DNA of 64,000 nucleotides from Candidatus Latescibacterota bacterium (GTDB lineage Bacteria; Latescibacterota; UBA2968; UBA8231): NCBI GenBank assembly GCA_965261395.1, contig OZ253462.1, positions 2,208,001 to 2,272,000 of the forward strand, read 5' to 3'. Shown piece by piece: positions 48,813 to 58,293 of this stretch (position 1 is its first letter; each line of letters starts with the position of its first letter). The notes under the pieces were generated by a model. It saw only the letters and a program-made list of their open reading frames with translations, ran no database searches and was not told where the DNA came from. The position numbers and the translations under genes were made by a program.

Positions 48813-51800
48813 ATGGAAAATCTGAACGATAAATCACTAGCCCTTGAAAAGCAAAAGGGGCTGGACCAGGAAAAAGGTGCTGAAGAACTCAACGAAATTT
48901 TCTCAGACCTTCTCCCTTGGACTATTGAGTCAACAGATGCTGCTATCCTGACAGAGAATACCATACAGAATCGCGACGAAATCGAGAGATTTTTCGATTC
49001 GATTTATTTGTTCCATATTGGAGAAATTTCTGTTTCTGCAGATGCTCAAGATGTAGCTGATTTGATTTATAAAAGACATCAAGCCGTGACTATTGCCGCG
49101 TATCAGTCAGATTATATGCTTACGACGATTATTTCGGGGAACGGTGGAGGCACTGTTGATATTTTTCTCGGTGTCTGTGGAGAGGTTGATGTGAAGAATA
49201 TGTTCCGGGAGCAATTGCAGGGGGTTTATCCCGGAAGGGGCATCCAATTTGAGGATGAGTCCAGAGAAGGAAGCATAAAGGATAGACTGCAAGAAAAGAA
49301 GCATGGCGGAATCCTCACAGGCATACCGACACAGAAAATAGACGAGGAAAAGCAGACATTCGATCTCTCTTCGGTGATAAGAAGTATGAATGGGCAGGAA
49401 TTCCTCTTGGCGATAATTTCCCGTCCAGTCGAAAAGCGTGAGGCAGCACAACAACTCCATGAATTGATGGAGCTAAAAGATCGATGTCATGTGCTAGCAA
49501 ACAGGACAATCGGTTCTGATGAGAATGTAAGCGTAAACCAGAGCCATGCAGTTCAAGAAGCAGTAGGTGAATCAAATTCGCATGGGTTCAATGTAGGAAT
49601 AGGAATGAATCCTGGGGGCCAAAATACAGGTTGGAATGCTATTCTCTATTCGTCCACTAAAATGACTCCAATGATGGCAGTTCTGCCTTCTGCAGGCTAT
49701 TCTTACACAAAAACAAAATTCTCAAGCTATGCAGAAACAGATACTACTGGCTGGTCAGAGAACATTGGGCGAAGTCTTTCTTTTGAACAGCAAAATACCC
49801 TTGCGATGGAGTTGGAAGATATCGCGGGAAAGTTGATAACCAGATTGCGTAATGGTCTAAACATTGGACTTTGGGAGAGTTTCATCACCTACGCGACTAT
49901 ATCCCCTACAGCTTCTCAGATTTTATCCGGCGTTTTAGCAGGAGAACTGATCAAGGCCGATCCCGAAGCACTGCCGATGCGAAATGTCTTCGATCATCTA
50001 TCCAAAGAAGTTCCGCTCTTTATGCCCAAGAAGCGGGATGGAAAATCTCTTATAACCGGGAATAAACTGGTATCGTTCTTGTCGAGCGATGAAGCAGCAT
50101 TGCTCATGGCACCACCGCTTTCTTCTGTTCCCGGCTATGATATCCGCATCAAACCCGCATTAAGTCTGACAGATACCATAGACCGCTCTGGTCACCCAAT
50201 TGGTCATATTTCTGAGCACGGAAGAAAGGTGAAAGGCTCTGAGTTTAGAATATCTAAAGAGGATGCCCGGAAACATATCTTCGTTTCTGGTCTTACCGGA
50301 TCGGGAAAGACGACGACAGTTAAGCACATCCTGGATTGTATTGATGCGCCTTTCTTGGTGATTGAATCCGCCAAGAGAGAATACCGCAGATTGTTGGCTG
50401 AGGATAAATACGACAAAAATCTGCGCGTCTATACTGTTGGTGATTCAGGCGTTTCACCGATACGTCACAATCCTTTTATGGTACTTCCTAGGGTGTCTGT
50501 CATCACCCATATTGACAATCTCAAGTCTATTTTTTACGCGAGCTTCTCACTCTACGGGCCTATGCCCTATATCCTCGAAAAATGTATTTACAATATCTAC
50601 AAAGAGCGCGGGTGGAATCTGACCACTGGCAAACATCAGCGCGTCAGAATAGGCACTTTCGAGGATTGCCAGAATCACCGCTTCATCTATCCCACCATCA
50701 GAGATCTGATTGATGAGGTGAACCGATATGTGAAGGAGGAATTGGAGTATAAAGGAGAACTACAGGACAATATCCGCAGTGCAATTGTTGTCCGTCTCGA
50801 ATCTTTGGCTGTCGGAGCAAAAGGTTTCCTCTTTAACACACACGATGCGATTGACATAGAGGAATTTCTAAACGAAAGGGTTGTGCTTGAACTCGAATCC
50901 CTTTCCGATGATGACGATAAAGCATTCTTTGTCGGTTTGATGCTATCCTTAGTGAGCGAATATCGACAATCGTTGGCCCGCCAGAGCGTTCTGAATGACA
51001 ATGATGATCTACGGCATGTGTTGGTGATCGAAGAAGCGCACAGGCTGCTTAAAAATGTACAGACTGAGCGCACTAGTGAAATGTTGGGTAATCCCAAAGG
51101 AAAAGCCGTGGAGTCTTTCTGTAATCTCATTGCCGAAATGCGATCTTATGGTCAAGGCGTGATCGTCGCAGAGCAAATCCCGACCAAAATAGCCCCTGAT
51201 GTGATCAAGAATACTAATACGAAAATTATTCACAGGCTTGTTTCTTTAGATGACCAGATCACCGTAGGGACGGGATTAGGGTTGGAGGAACACGAATGCC
51301 GATATCTGAACCAGCTTTCTGCGGGCACAGCGCTCGCACATAAAGAGGGGATGTCAAAACCCGTTGAAATTGCCGTCTTTAACAAGCTGCAAAATGAGCC
51401 AATTGGAGACATACGAATCGAACGTCAAGATTTGGAGTCGGAACTGGCTCTACACGAGAGTGGCTTGCTGGAAAGTGAGCACCTACAAGCAATCGCTCTG
51501 AGATTGGTCAATTCGGTTTTTCTGTCAAATTTAGAACTCGGCGAACTCTTACCCGATGCAATAAAGACAGCTAGAAAAGCAAAACAACTTACGTACGTAG
51601 AGGATAAAACCATAGAACATGCTTTGAGCGAATGGTTTCGCCGAATTTTATTTTCCTCAACGTTGGGTTTTGTGAAGGAAAAATCGATTGATGAAGAGGT
51701 TTTAGAGATTGTTGATCGACTTTGGCATGATCGCACTCGTTTTAATCGCGGGAGATTCATGCACGAATTTGACGAGTGGTTGGGTGATTGTAGTCGCGAC

Positions 51801-51950
51801 CGCATCAAGGAGAACATATCAAACGATGTTATTTCTGAATATAGCTCAAGGAAAATAGACATGAGGGAAACCATTGACAAAATACTGATTGTCGATGACT
51901 TGGAGATTGAGCAAGAAATAATGAACGCCGTTAGAAAGAGACTTATGTGA
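48813..51950 (+). CDS. HerA/FtsK-superfamily (DUF87) ATPase with about 480-aa N-terminal extension
   Basis: HIFVSGLTGSGKT (Walker A), VLVIEEAHRL (Walker B), EMRSYGQG, AEQIPTKI, NTNTKIIHRL. GAGG RBS. Confidence 0.9.
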   Translation: MENLNDKSLALEKQKGLDQEKGAEELNEIFSDLLPWTIESTDAAILTENTIQNRDEIERFFDSIYLFHIGEISVSADAQDVADLIYKRHQAVTIAAYQSDYMLTTIISGNGGGTVDIFLGVCGEVDVKNMFREQLQGVYPGRGIQFEDESREGSIKDRLQEKKHGGILTGIPTQKIDEEKQTFDLSSVIRSMNGQEFLLAIISRPVEKREAAQQLHELMELKDRCHVLANRTIGSDENVSVNQSHAVQEAVGESNSHGFNVGIGMNPGGQNTGWNAILYSSTKMTPMMAVLPSAGYSYTKTKFSSYAETDTTGWSENIGRSLSFEQQNTLAMELEDIAGKLITRLRNGLNIGLWESFITYATISPTASQILSGVLAGELIKADPEALPMRNVFDHLSKEVPLFMPKKRDGKSLITGNKLVSFLSSDEAALLMAPPLSSVPGYDIRIKPALSLTDTIDRSGHPIGHISEHGRKVKGSEFRISKEDARKHIFVSGLTGSGKTTTVKHILDCIDAPFLVIESAKREYRRLLAEDKYDKNLRVYTVGDSGVSPIRHNPFMVLPRVSVITHIDNLKSIFYASFSLYGPMPYILEKCIYNIYKERGWNLTTGKHQRVRIGTFEDCQNHRFIYPTIRDLIDEVNRYVKEELEYKGELQDNIRSAIVVRLESLAVGAKGFLFNTHDAIDIEEFLNERVVLELESLSDDDDKAFFVGLMLSLVSEYRQSLARQSVLNDNDDLRHVLVIEEAHRLLKNVQTERTSEMLGNPKGKAVESFCNLIAEMRSYGQGVIVAEQIPTKIAPDVIKNTNTKIIHRLVSLDDQITVGTGLGLEEHECRYLNQLSAGTALAHKEGMSKPVEIAVFNKLQNEPIGDIRIERQDLESELALHESGLLESEHLQAIALRLVNSVFLSNLELGELLPDAIKTARKAKQLTYVEDKTIEHALSEWFRRILFSSTLGFVKEKSIDEEVLEIVDRLWHDRTRFNRGRFMHEFDEWLGDCSRDRIKENISNDVISEYSSRKIDMRETIDKILIVDDLEIEQEIMNAVRKRLM

Positions 51951-52498
51951 TGGTTGTTGAAACCGCGATAGGTCCCGCTGCGGCGGGAGGTGTTGCTGAA
52001 GCCGTTACGGTTGTGGAAGCCGCTGAAGCGGCTGAGAACATCGTCGAGTCCCCAATAAGTGGGGCAGCCGAGTTGAGTGAAACCCTTTCTGCAATCCAGA
52101 AAGAGATTCCTCGGGAAATCGTCAATGGAAAGGTTGAGGCCACGCTCCAGGATGAGTCTTTCCGCGCTGAAATTTTGGAAGCAACATATCCCGATTTCTC
52201 TGAAAATTGTAGATTCGAGACCCATCTTCCCGATGATCAATACAAGGCAAATGATTATCAGCATTTCAAGTATTGTAATGAGCAATTGAGTCAAGCTCAT
52301 GAAAATGGCAGTCTCAACATAGAGCAATTCACAGATCGGCAACTGGAACAGATCCGTAATGGAGATAAACCCGAGGGATATACCTGGCACCACCATGAAG
52401 AGCCAGGACGCATGCAGTTAGTAGATTCTGAAATACACGCCAAGACTCCGCATACTGGTGGCAGGAGCCTGTGGGGTGGTGGCGGTGAAGCCCGATAG
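51950..52498 (+). CDS. HNH/WHH nuclease toxin (colicin-like DNase/tRNase domain)
   Basis: HFKYCNEQL...QLEQIRNGDKPEGYTWHHHEEPGRMQLVDSEIHAKTPHTGGRSLWGGG. TGATG overlap with the ATPase stop. Confidence 0.92.
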   Translation: MVVETAIGPAAAGGVAEAVTVVEAAEAAENIVESPISGAAELSETLSAIQKEIPREIVNGKVEATLQDESFRAEILEATYPDFSENCRFETHLPDDQYKANDYQHFKYCNEQLSQAHENGSLNIEQFTDRQLEQIRNGDKPEGYTWHHHEEPGRMQLVDSEIHAKTPHTGGRSLWGGGGEAR

Positions 52499-52513
52499 AA
52501 AAGAGAGCATACT

Positions 52514-52912
52514 ATGAGCTTAAAGTGGAAATACGTCGAGCCATTGGACGAGAGCCAATTGTCTAAAGTCGAGGAACATTTCGGCCTCAGCTTGCCGGAG
52601 GATTACAAGAAATCACTTGTGGAATGCAATAGGGGAAAACCCACGTTAGAAAGGTTTGACACCGAATTTCAAAAGGAATGTGTCCTCGATTATATGATCA
52701 ATCTTGAGGAAACGGTCGCCATTGCCCAAGCAATCTCTTCTGAATATGGCGTCGATAACCTAATCCCCATAGGACGAGACCCGTTTGGGAATCTGATTGC
52801 CTTTAGAATTGTAGGTAAGCAGATTGATTCGGTGATTTTTTGGGATCACGAAAGAGGTAAAATTTCTAAGATATCAGATAGTCTCACTGAGTTTCTGGAG
52901 AACCTATACTAG
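52514..52912 (+). CDS. SMI1/KNR4 (SUKH) immunity protein
   Basis: VEEHFGLSLPEDYK..NRG, LIPIGRDPFGNLIAF, VIFWDHE, ISDSLTEFLENL. Confidence 0.92.
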   Translation: MSLKWKYVEPLDESQLSKVEEHFGLSLPEDYKKSLVECNRGKPTLERFDTEFQKECVLDYMINLEETVAIAQAISSEYGVDNLIPIGRDPFGNLIAFRIVGKQIDSVIFWDHERGKISKISDSLTEFLENLY

Positions 52913-52913
52913 G

Positions 52914-53225
52914 ATGTCTGATATGCCAGTGTCGGCGACAGCAATTCCCAATGAGTACCGCGCTGATGTAGCTCGGGCGGTGGAGATCTGCAAGGCGGAG
53001 GGATGTCGAGACGTATTTATATTTGGCTCGGTCGCAGCCGGCCGGCATCGGCCGCAGTCCGATCTGGATATAGGTGTCCGTGGCTGTCCGCCCGAGCACT
53101 TCTATCGGCTACTAGGTCGATTGATGGATGAACTCACCCATCCCGTGGACTTGGTTGATCTGGATCTTGAAATCCGAGTCGCTGAATTCCTTGAGCAGGA
53201 AGGTCAACTCGTGCGTGTTGGCTGA
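52914..53225 (+). CDS. Minimal nucleotidyltransferase (MNT), type VII TA antitoxin-like
   Basis: FIFGSVA.G.....SDLDIGV and VDLVDL. Confidence 0.88.
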   Translation: MSDMPVSATAIPNEYRADVARAVEICKAEGCRDVFIFGSVAAGRHRPQSDLDIGVRGCPPEHFYRLLGRLMDELTHPVDLVDLDLEIRVAEFLEQEGQLVRVG

Positions 53226-53293
53226 GGCCCCCTGCCAAGAGAAAGTGGAGCACAAAATCGCTTATACGCTCTTTCGCAAGAGGATTCTATAGC

Positions 53294-54109
53294 TCATCCT
53301 TCCCCCTTCCACGGCGCACCGGGCAGAAGCGCAATGAGCCGCGCCAAAACCTTCTGGGCCGCCTCTCCCATGTCCCACTGATGGCCGTACGCGAGCAGGG
53401 GACTAATATCGGTTCCGAACTGTGGGTCTCGTAGTTTGAACGCCATGTTGCGTTCAAACTGGGCGCGGGTTACATGGTTGCCGCTCTGTTCCATGTAGGT
53501 GGCAAACGCTGCGACAATGCGGCTAGGATCGGCTGCCGTCCCTTCCAGAGCTATCGCCAAGTCGAATAAGTCACGACCTTTCTTGCGTTGATAGAGCGCA
53601 CGCAGCTTTGTGGCGAGAAGCTCGTCGAGTGCGTAAGTAACGACTTCAGAGGACCGGTTGAACCAACGCGAATCTACGAAAAACGGAATCCTTTTGAACC
53701 CGAATACAGAAAAATGCTCGCGGGAGTTGATCTCAATCTTCAGACGCAGGCGTATGGGCGGCGTGTCCTCGGACTCGAAGCGGTAAACTAATGTGATGCC
53801 GTCTGTTGTTTGCTTCCATTGGGGCTTGTCGAGCCAGGGGTCGAGAACTTCGTGTAACGCGTCTAGCATCGGGCCAGCGGGGCTGGGGCTGACCTGAACC
53901 AGATCAATGTCTTCGGAATAGCGGGCGGGAGGCTTCAGATGCAGCTTGTAGAGTGCCGTGCCGCCGCGGAACGCAACTCCGTTGGTCAGGACCGGATGAG
54001 AAAATATTTCGACCAGCGCTCGGCTAATGATCAGATCCTGCTCGACCTGAAAATCTTGCACCCAAGGCACCTGCGCCCGCCATGCCGTGACGTAATCGCG
54101 TGGAATCAC
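53294..54109 (-). CDS. abiEii: AbiEii/AbiGii nucleotidyltransferase toxin (type IV TA)
   Basis: QVEQDLIISRAL, FRGGTALYK, RYSEDIDL, KIEIN, TKLRALYQRKKGRDLFDL. Confidence 0.92.
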   Translation of the reverse strand: MIPRDYVTAWRAQVPWVQDFQVEQDLIISRALVEIFSHPVLTNGVAFRGGTALYKLHLKPPARYSEDIDLVQVSPSPAGPMLDALHEVLDPWLDKPQWKQTTDGITLVYRFESEDTPPIRLRLKIEINSREHFSVFGFKRIPFFVDSRWFNRSSEVVTYALDELLATKLRALYQRKKGRDLFDLAIALEGTAADPSRIVAAFATYMEQSGNHVTRAQFERNMAFKLRDPQFGTDISPLLAYGHQWDMGEAAQKVLARLIALLPGAPWKGEG

Positions 54110-54915
54110 GCATCCACCTCAATCTCGGCGTTGACGAGCAGCCGCCAGTCCTTGGCGCGCGTCCCGTGGTTGCTGGTACCGGCTGGCAGGAGCAGAGCAG
54201 TGTCGCGCGCCCGCTGCTGCACGTGAGCCTTCAAGGGCAACGTCTTGTCCCCTGCGCCGACGAGTTCGAGAAGGTAGCCAAGACGCTGGGCCCAAGGGAT
54301 GGGAGCTGTTCGCGCCGCTGTTACCAGTAGATCAGGATCGATACGCTCGGCGAGTTCGAAGAGGACGGTTGCTGCTTGATCCAGCCCTCCGATACGTTTT
54401 TCATAACCGACCAGATCGACCGCCGTTGCCTCAATGCTTGAGGCTAGGATCGTTCCGCGCGGTGTATTGAAACTCTGAACCGGTATGTCGGCGATGCGCT
54501 TACGTGCTATAAAGGAGACTTCGACGGTGCCACAGGAGATCGACCGGCGGTTCCCGGCGAGAGCAACTTGGAATGACTGCGGACGGTGATGTGCCGCGCC
54601 GTGATACTGGGCGGCGGACAGGAGCGCAGCATAGTACGGGCGTTGCAGACGTTCCATGAGTGCCGGGATGAACTGGTCGGCAGGCAGGCAGCCAATGCGC
54701 CGATATTCTGGAGGCACGATGACGTAGAAGCCGCGAGCGGGGCTTGCGACCACTCCCTTTTTTGCCAATCGGTTCAGGGCAAGTCTGGTCGCGGCGGCGG
54801 AGACCCCAAGCGCTGTACGCAATTCCGCTGTTGCGAAGTGGTATCGGCCATCGGCAGCAAAATCGGCGATCAGATCACCGGCTCGGGGTTTGGCTATTTC
54901 CAGTTTCATGTGCAT
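54106..54915 (-). CDS. abiEi: AbiEi family antitoxin/transcriptional regulator (type IV TA)
   Basis: N-terminal wHTH, RGFYVIVPPEY, YYAALLSAAQYHGA, QRLGYLLE; 4-bp overlap with abiEii. Confidence 0.9.
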   Translation of the reverse strand: MHMKLEIAKPRAGDLIADFAADGRYHFATAELRTALGVSAAATRLALNRLAKKGVVASPARGFYVIVPPEYRRIGCLPADQFIPALMERLQRPYYAALLSAAQYHGAAHHRPQSFQVALAGNRRSISCGTVEVSFIARKRIADIPVQSFNTPRGTILASSIEATAVDLVGYEKRIGGLDQAATVLFELAERIDPDLLVTAARTAPIPWAQRLGYLLELVGAGDKTLPLKAHVQQRARDTALLLPAGTSNHGTRAKDWRLLVNAEIEVDA

Positions 54916-54985
54916 AAAGTATTATTATTCGATATATTAGGCAAGCGATTCCGTGCTAACTTACTAATTCAACGAGGTGATCTCC

Positions 54986-55858
54986 ATGGACCCAAGCTGC
55001 TTGCAGTACTGCATGACCGATGCCCAGCGCGATCATTTTGAACAGCAGGGATACTTAATCGTCGAGGATGCGCTCGACGATGATATGCTGGGCAGGCTGC
55101 TGGAGGCCGGCGACCGCGTCGATGCTCAGGAAAGGGCGGCGCGTGGCTTGGCACCCAATGCCTTGATGGCGAAATTCAGGACTATTGTCGAGGACGATGT
55201 TTTTCTCGAACTGCTCGATTGGCCCAAGACCTTCCCGCTGATTTGGGACATTCTCGGCTGGAACGTCCAGCACTATATCTCGCATTTGATCTACTACCCG
55301 CCCGAATCCAAGAATAGCGTCAATCTGAAGCCCGGGGGATGGCACCAAGACGGCGGCCGGCCGGTTCCCGAAATGGAGCGTCCCCAACCGAGGTTGTCGC
55401 TAAAGGTCGGATTCTGGCTGACCGACATCAGCGAGCCGGAGAGAGGGGGGATCAGGATTGTCCCCGCAAGCCACAAGCGGGACCATCCGCCCGATTTTGC
55501 CGATCCAATGCAGGTGCAGGTGAAGGCGGGCACGGCCGTGCTGTTCGACCGGCGGATGTGGCACGCGCGCGGGATTAATACTTCGGAGACGACCCGGAAA
55601 GTGCTGTTTTTGGGGTATAGCTATCGCTGGCTGCGCGGCCTCGACTACAACCTGATGCCCGACGAAATCCTCGCCAAATGCAGTCCCATACGCCGGCAAT
55701 TGCTCGGCGATGGAGTGGACGTCAAAGGCTGGTGGCAGCCAACAGATGAAGACGTTCCCCTCAAGGGCTGGCTGACCGAACACAAGGGGGAGGACTACGT
55801 CGAGCGGATTGGGCAAAAGCAGTGGGAAAGGGAAAAGTGGGAAGTGCCGTCCGGCTGA
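54986..55858 (+). CDS. Phytanoyl-CoA dioxygenase (PhyH) family protein
   Basis: FEQQGYLIVEDAL, WHQD, IVPASH, AGTAVLFDRRMWH. GAGGTG RBS. Confidence 0.9.
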   Translation: MDPSCLQYCMTDAQRDHFEQQGYLIVEDALDDDMLGRLLEAGDRVDAQERAARGLAPNALMAKFRTIVEDDVFLELLDWPKTFPLIWDILGWNVQHYISHLIYYPPESKNSVNLKPGGWHQDGGRPVPEMERPQPRLSLKVGFWLTDISEPERGGIRIVPASHKRDHPPDFADPMQVQVKAGTAVLFDRRMWHARGINTSETTRKVLFLGYSYRWLRGLDYNLMPDEILAKCSPIRRQLLGDGVDVKGWWQPTDEDVPLKGWLTEHKGEDYVERIGQKQWEREKWEVPSG

Positions 55859-55952
55859 TCTGCAAGCTATATGACGACATCTAAACGGTGCGCCAGGGTG
55901 CCTGACGGAAGATGACCTACCCCCGTGAGAAGAAAAAAAGAAAGCAAACAAG

Positions 55953-58293
55953 ATGACCGACGCGAAGATACTGATTGTCGAAGACGATGAATCCGATGCC
56001 GCACACCTCGAAGAATGCCTCGAAAACCTAGGATACGCGGTGTGCGATGCGGTTTCGTGCGGGCGCGAGGCTATTGAAAAAGCTGCTGACATGCGCCCCG
56101 ATTTAGCCTTGGTCGATCTCAGACTCAAAGGGGAGGTCACCGGCATAGAAACAGCCGAGCAGATCGGCAGCCGGTTCGACGTTCCCGTGGTGTATCTGAC
56201 CGACGAAGCCGAGGGCGACCTGTTGCAACGGGCGCAGGCGACCAACTCGTTTGGCTACGTGCTGAGGCCGTTTGAGGCGCCAACTGCACCTGAATATCCA
56301 AACCGCCGTATCTATGCACGAGAGGGAATGCAGGCAGCGCGAGACGGAGATCAGGTTGAAACGAATCATCAAAAGATTGAAAGATTTCACCCGGCTAATG
56401 AAAACCGTATTCGACAGTATGAGCGAAGGTGTGGTCGCCGTCGATGAAAACAGGATACTCCTGTTTAACAACTCGGTCGCGAAACGGCTCGGCGGCGATA
56501 TTCCGCTGGATGAGGACATCGATAAATGGGCCGAAAAATACGGTGTTTTTCAGCCCGATGGAAAGACGCTCGTCACAAAGGATAAAAGTCCGCTGACACT
56601 GGCTTTGAGCGGCAAGGCCACAGACGATGTCGAGGTGTTAGTGCGCAATGAGAAAAAGCCGGAAGGTATTCATGTCAGCGTCAGCGGCAGACCTCTGCGG
56701 GGAAAAGCAGGAGCTTTGAAAGGGGGCGTTCTCGTCTGCCGCGACATCACTATGATCAAGCAAACAGAAGCCGCATTGGAACGGACGATCGCCCAGCAGC
56801 AGGACCAAGCCAGGCTCATGGAGACCATTTTCAGCAGTATCAGCGACGGCGTGTTGGTCGCCAACGCCGAGGGGAAACACACGTTTTTCAATCCCAGCGC
56901 CGAACAGATCGTCGGCGTCGGCATGCTGAATCTCAAGCCCCAACAATGGAAGGGGGAATATGGGGTCTTCTATCCCGACAAAAAAAACCGCCTGCCGACA
57001 GCACAGCTTCCCCTAGTGCGCGCCGTACGGGGTGAGGCGACCGACGAGATCGAGATGTTCATCCGCAATGAGCAAAAGTCGGAGGGCGTTTATATCAGCG
57101 TCAGTGGTCGGCCGCTACACACGAATGTAGGGGGGCATGGCGGCGGCGTGATCATTTTCCGCGACATTACCAAACAAAAAAAGGCGGCCGCGGAATTGGG
57201 CAAAACGATGGAGGAGCTACGCAAGCAGAGCGAGCTCATGGAAACCACGTTCAAGAGTATCAGCGATGGCATCATAGTCGCCGATGTAACGGGGCAGTCC
57301 TTCTACGTAAATCCCGCTGCCGAACAAATCGTCGGCATGAACATAACAACGGACCACCTCCCGGAGGAGTGGGTCGAGCGATACGGCCTCTTCTATCCCG
57401 ATCGGGAAACCCCCATGAAAATGGAGGATATGCCGTTCCTCCACATCTTCAGCCACGGCGAGTCAATGGATGAGATGGATCTGTTCATACGCAACCAAAA
57501 CAGGCCAGACGGCGTATATATCCGGGTGAGTGGACGGCCGCTGCTCGACAATCTCGGCGGGATCAGGGGCGGGGTGATCATTTTCCGCGACGTTACCGAG
57601 CGCATGCTCGCCGAGGAGGCGCTAGCGCAGGCATTTGCACAAGGGCGGTTGGAGGTAGTCGATACCATTCTCCACAACATCGGCAATGCCATCAACAGCG
57701 TCACCACGGGAATTGAGACTGTGCGCCAGAACTTGGTGAATGACCACGTCGGTCGCCGTCTCTTCGCGTTGGCCGCGGCGGTAAGAGAACACCAGGACGA
57801 CTGGAGCGATTACATCGAAAACGACCCGCAAGGCCGCAAAGTGATGCCGTTCATCATCGCGCTCTCTGAAAACTTCTCCAAGCGGAACGAAGGGCTGATA
57901 AAGACGGTCGGCCGCGTCAAGGACCGGGCCAATCACATCGCCGATATCGTCCGCACCCAAAAGGCGCTCGGCAGTCCCACCATGACTCGCAAGGACATCG
58001 ACCTGCACGATGCGCTCTCGGCCGCCGTCAGGGTATTGAGGGATTCACTCAGCAAAAAGGGAATCCATACCGACATCAACTGCGAACATGCACCGAGGGA
58101 GATTAGCATCCAAGAGAGCCAGTTTCACCAGATGCTGGTCAACTTGGTCAAAAATTCGATTGAAGCCATCGACGATCTCACCTTAGCGCAGGGGCTCGAC
58201 GAAGCGCCCCACATCCAGATCAGGGCCAGTGCCGAAGACGATTTTCTCAAACTCGAAGTAAGCGACTCAGCACGAGATCCACGACGATTTTGA
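55953..58293 (+). pseudogene. Hybrid sensor kinase (REC-PAS-PAS-PAS-HisKA-HATPase), frameshifted and 3'-deleted
   Basis: REC ILIVEDD..PDLALVD. Frameshift near 56280 (RPFEA/RQLHLNIQ). Three PAS repeats, H-box ILHNIGNAINS, N-box NLVKNSIEAI. Ends at LEVSD without G boxes. Confidence 0.85.

Larger units (their letters stand above)
46400..52912. mobile_element. Low-GC horizontally acquired island (no integrase seen)
   Basis: Abrupt, visible shift from GC-rich to AT-rich sequence after 46.3 kb, persisting to about 52.9 kb. Boundaries are approximate. Confidence 0.75.

Noticed and set aside
46571-51950. Assignment to known Sir2-HerA, NurA-HerA, DUF4297-HerA or LeoABC/Eleos-type dynamin systems, or to a conjugative VirB4/T4CP
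   Set aside because: The required partners (Sir2, NurA, DUF4297, further dynamins, T4SS or relaxase genes) are not present in the window. An HMM search is still needed to exclude these formally.
51425-52396. 323-aa minus-strand ORF in the low-GC island
   Set aside because: Antisense to the ATPase and nuclease, which carry clear motifs. It has no recognisable domain.
56398-57600. Three ~420-bp diverged repeats
   Set aside because: They are the coding PAS-domain triplication of the kinase, not a mobile or non-coding array.
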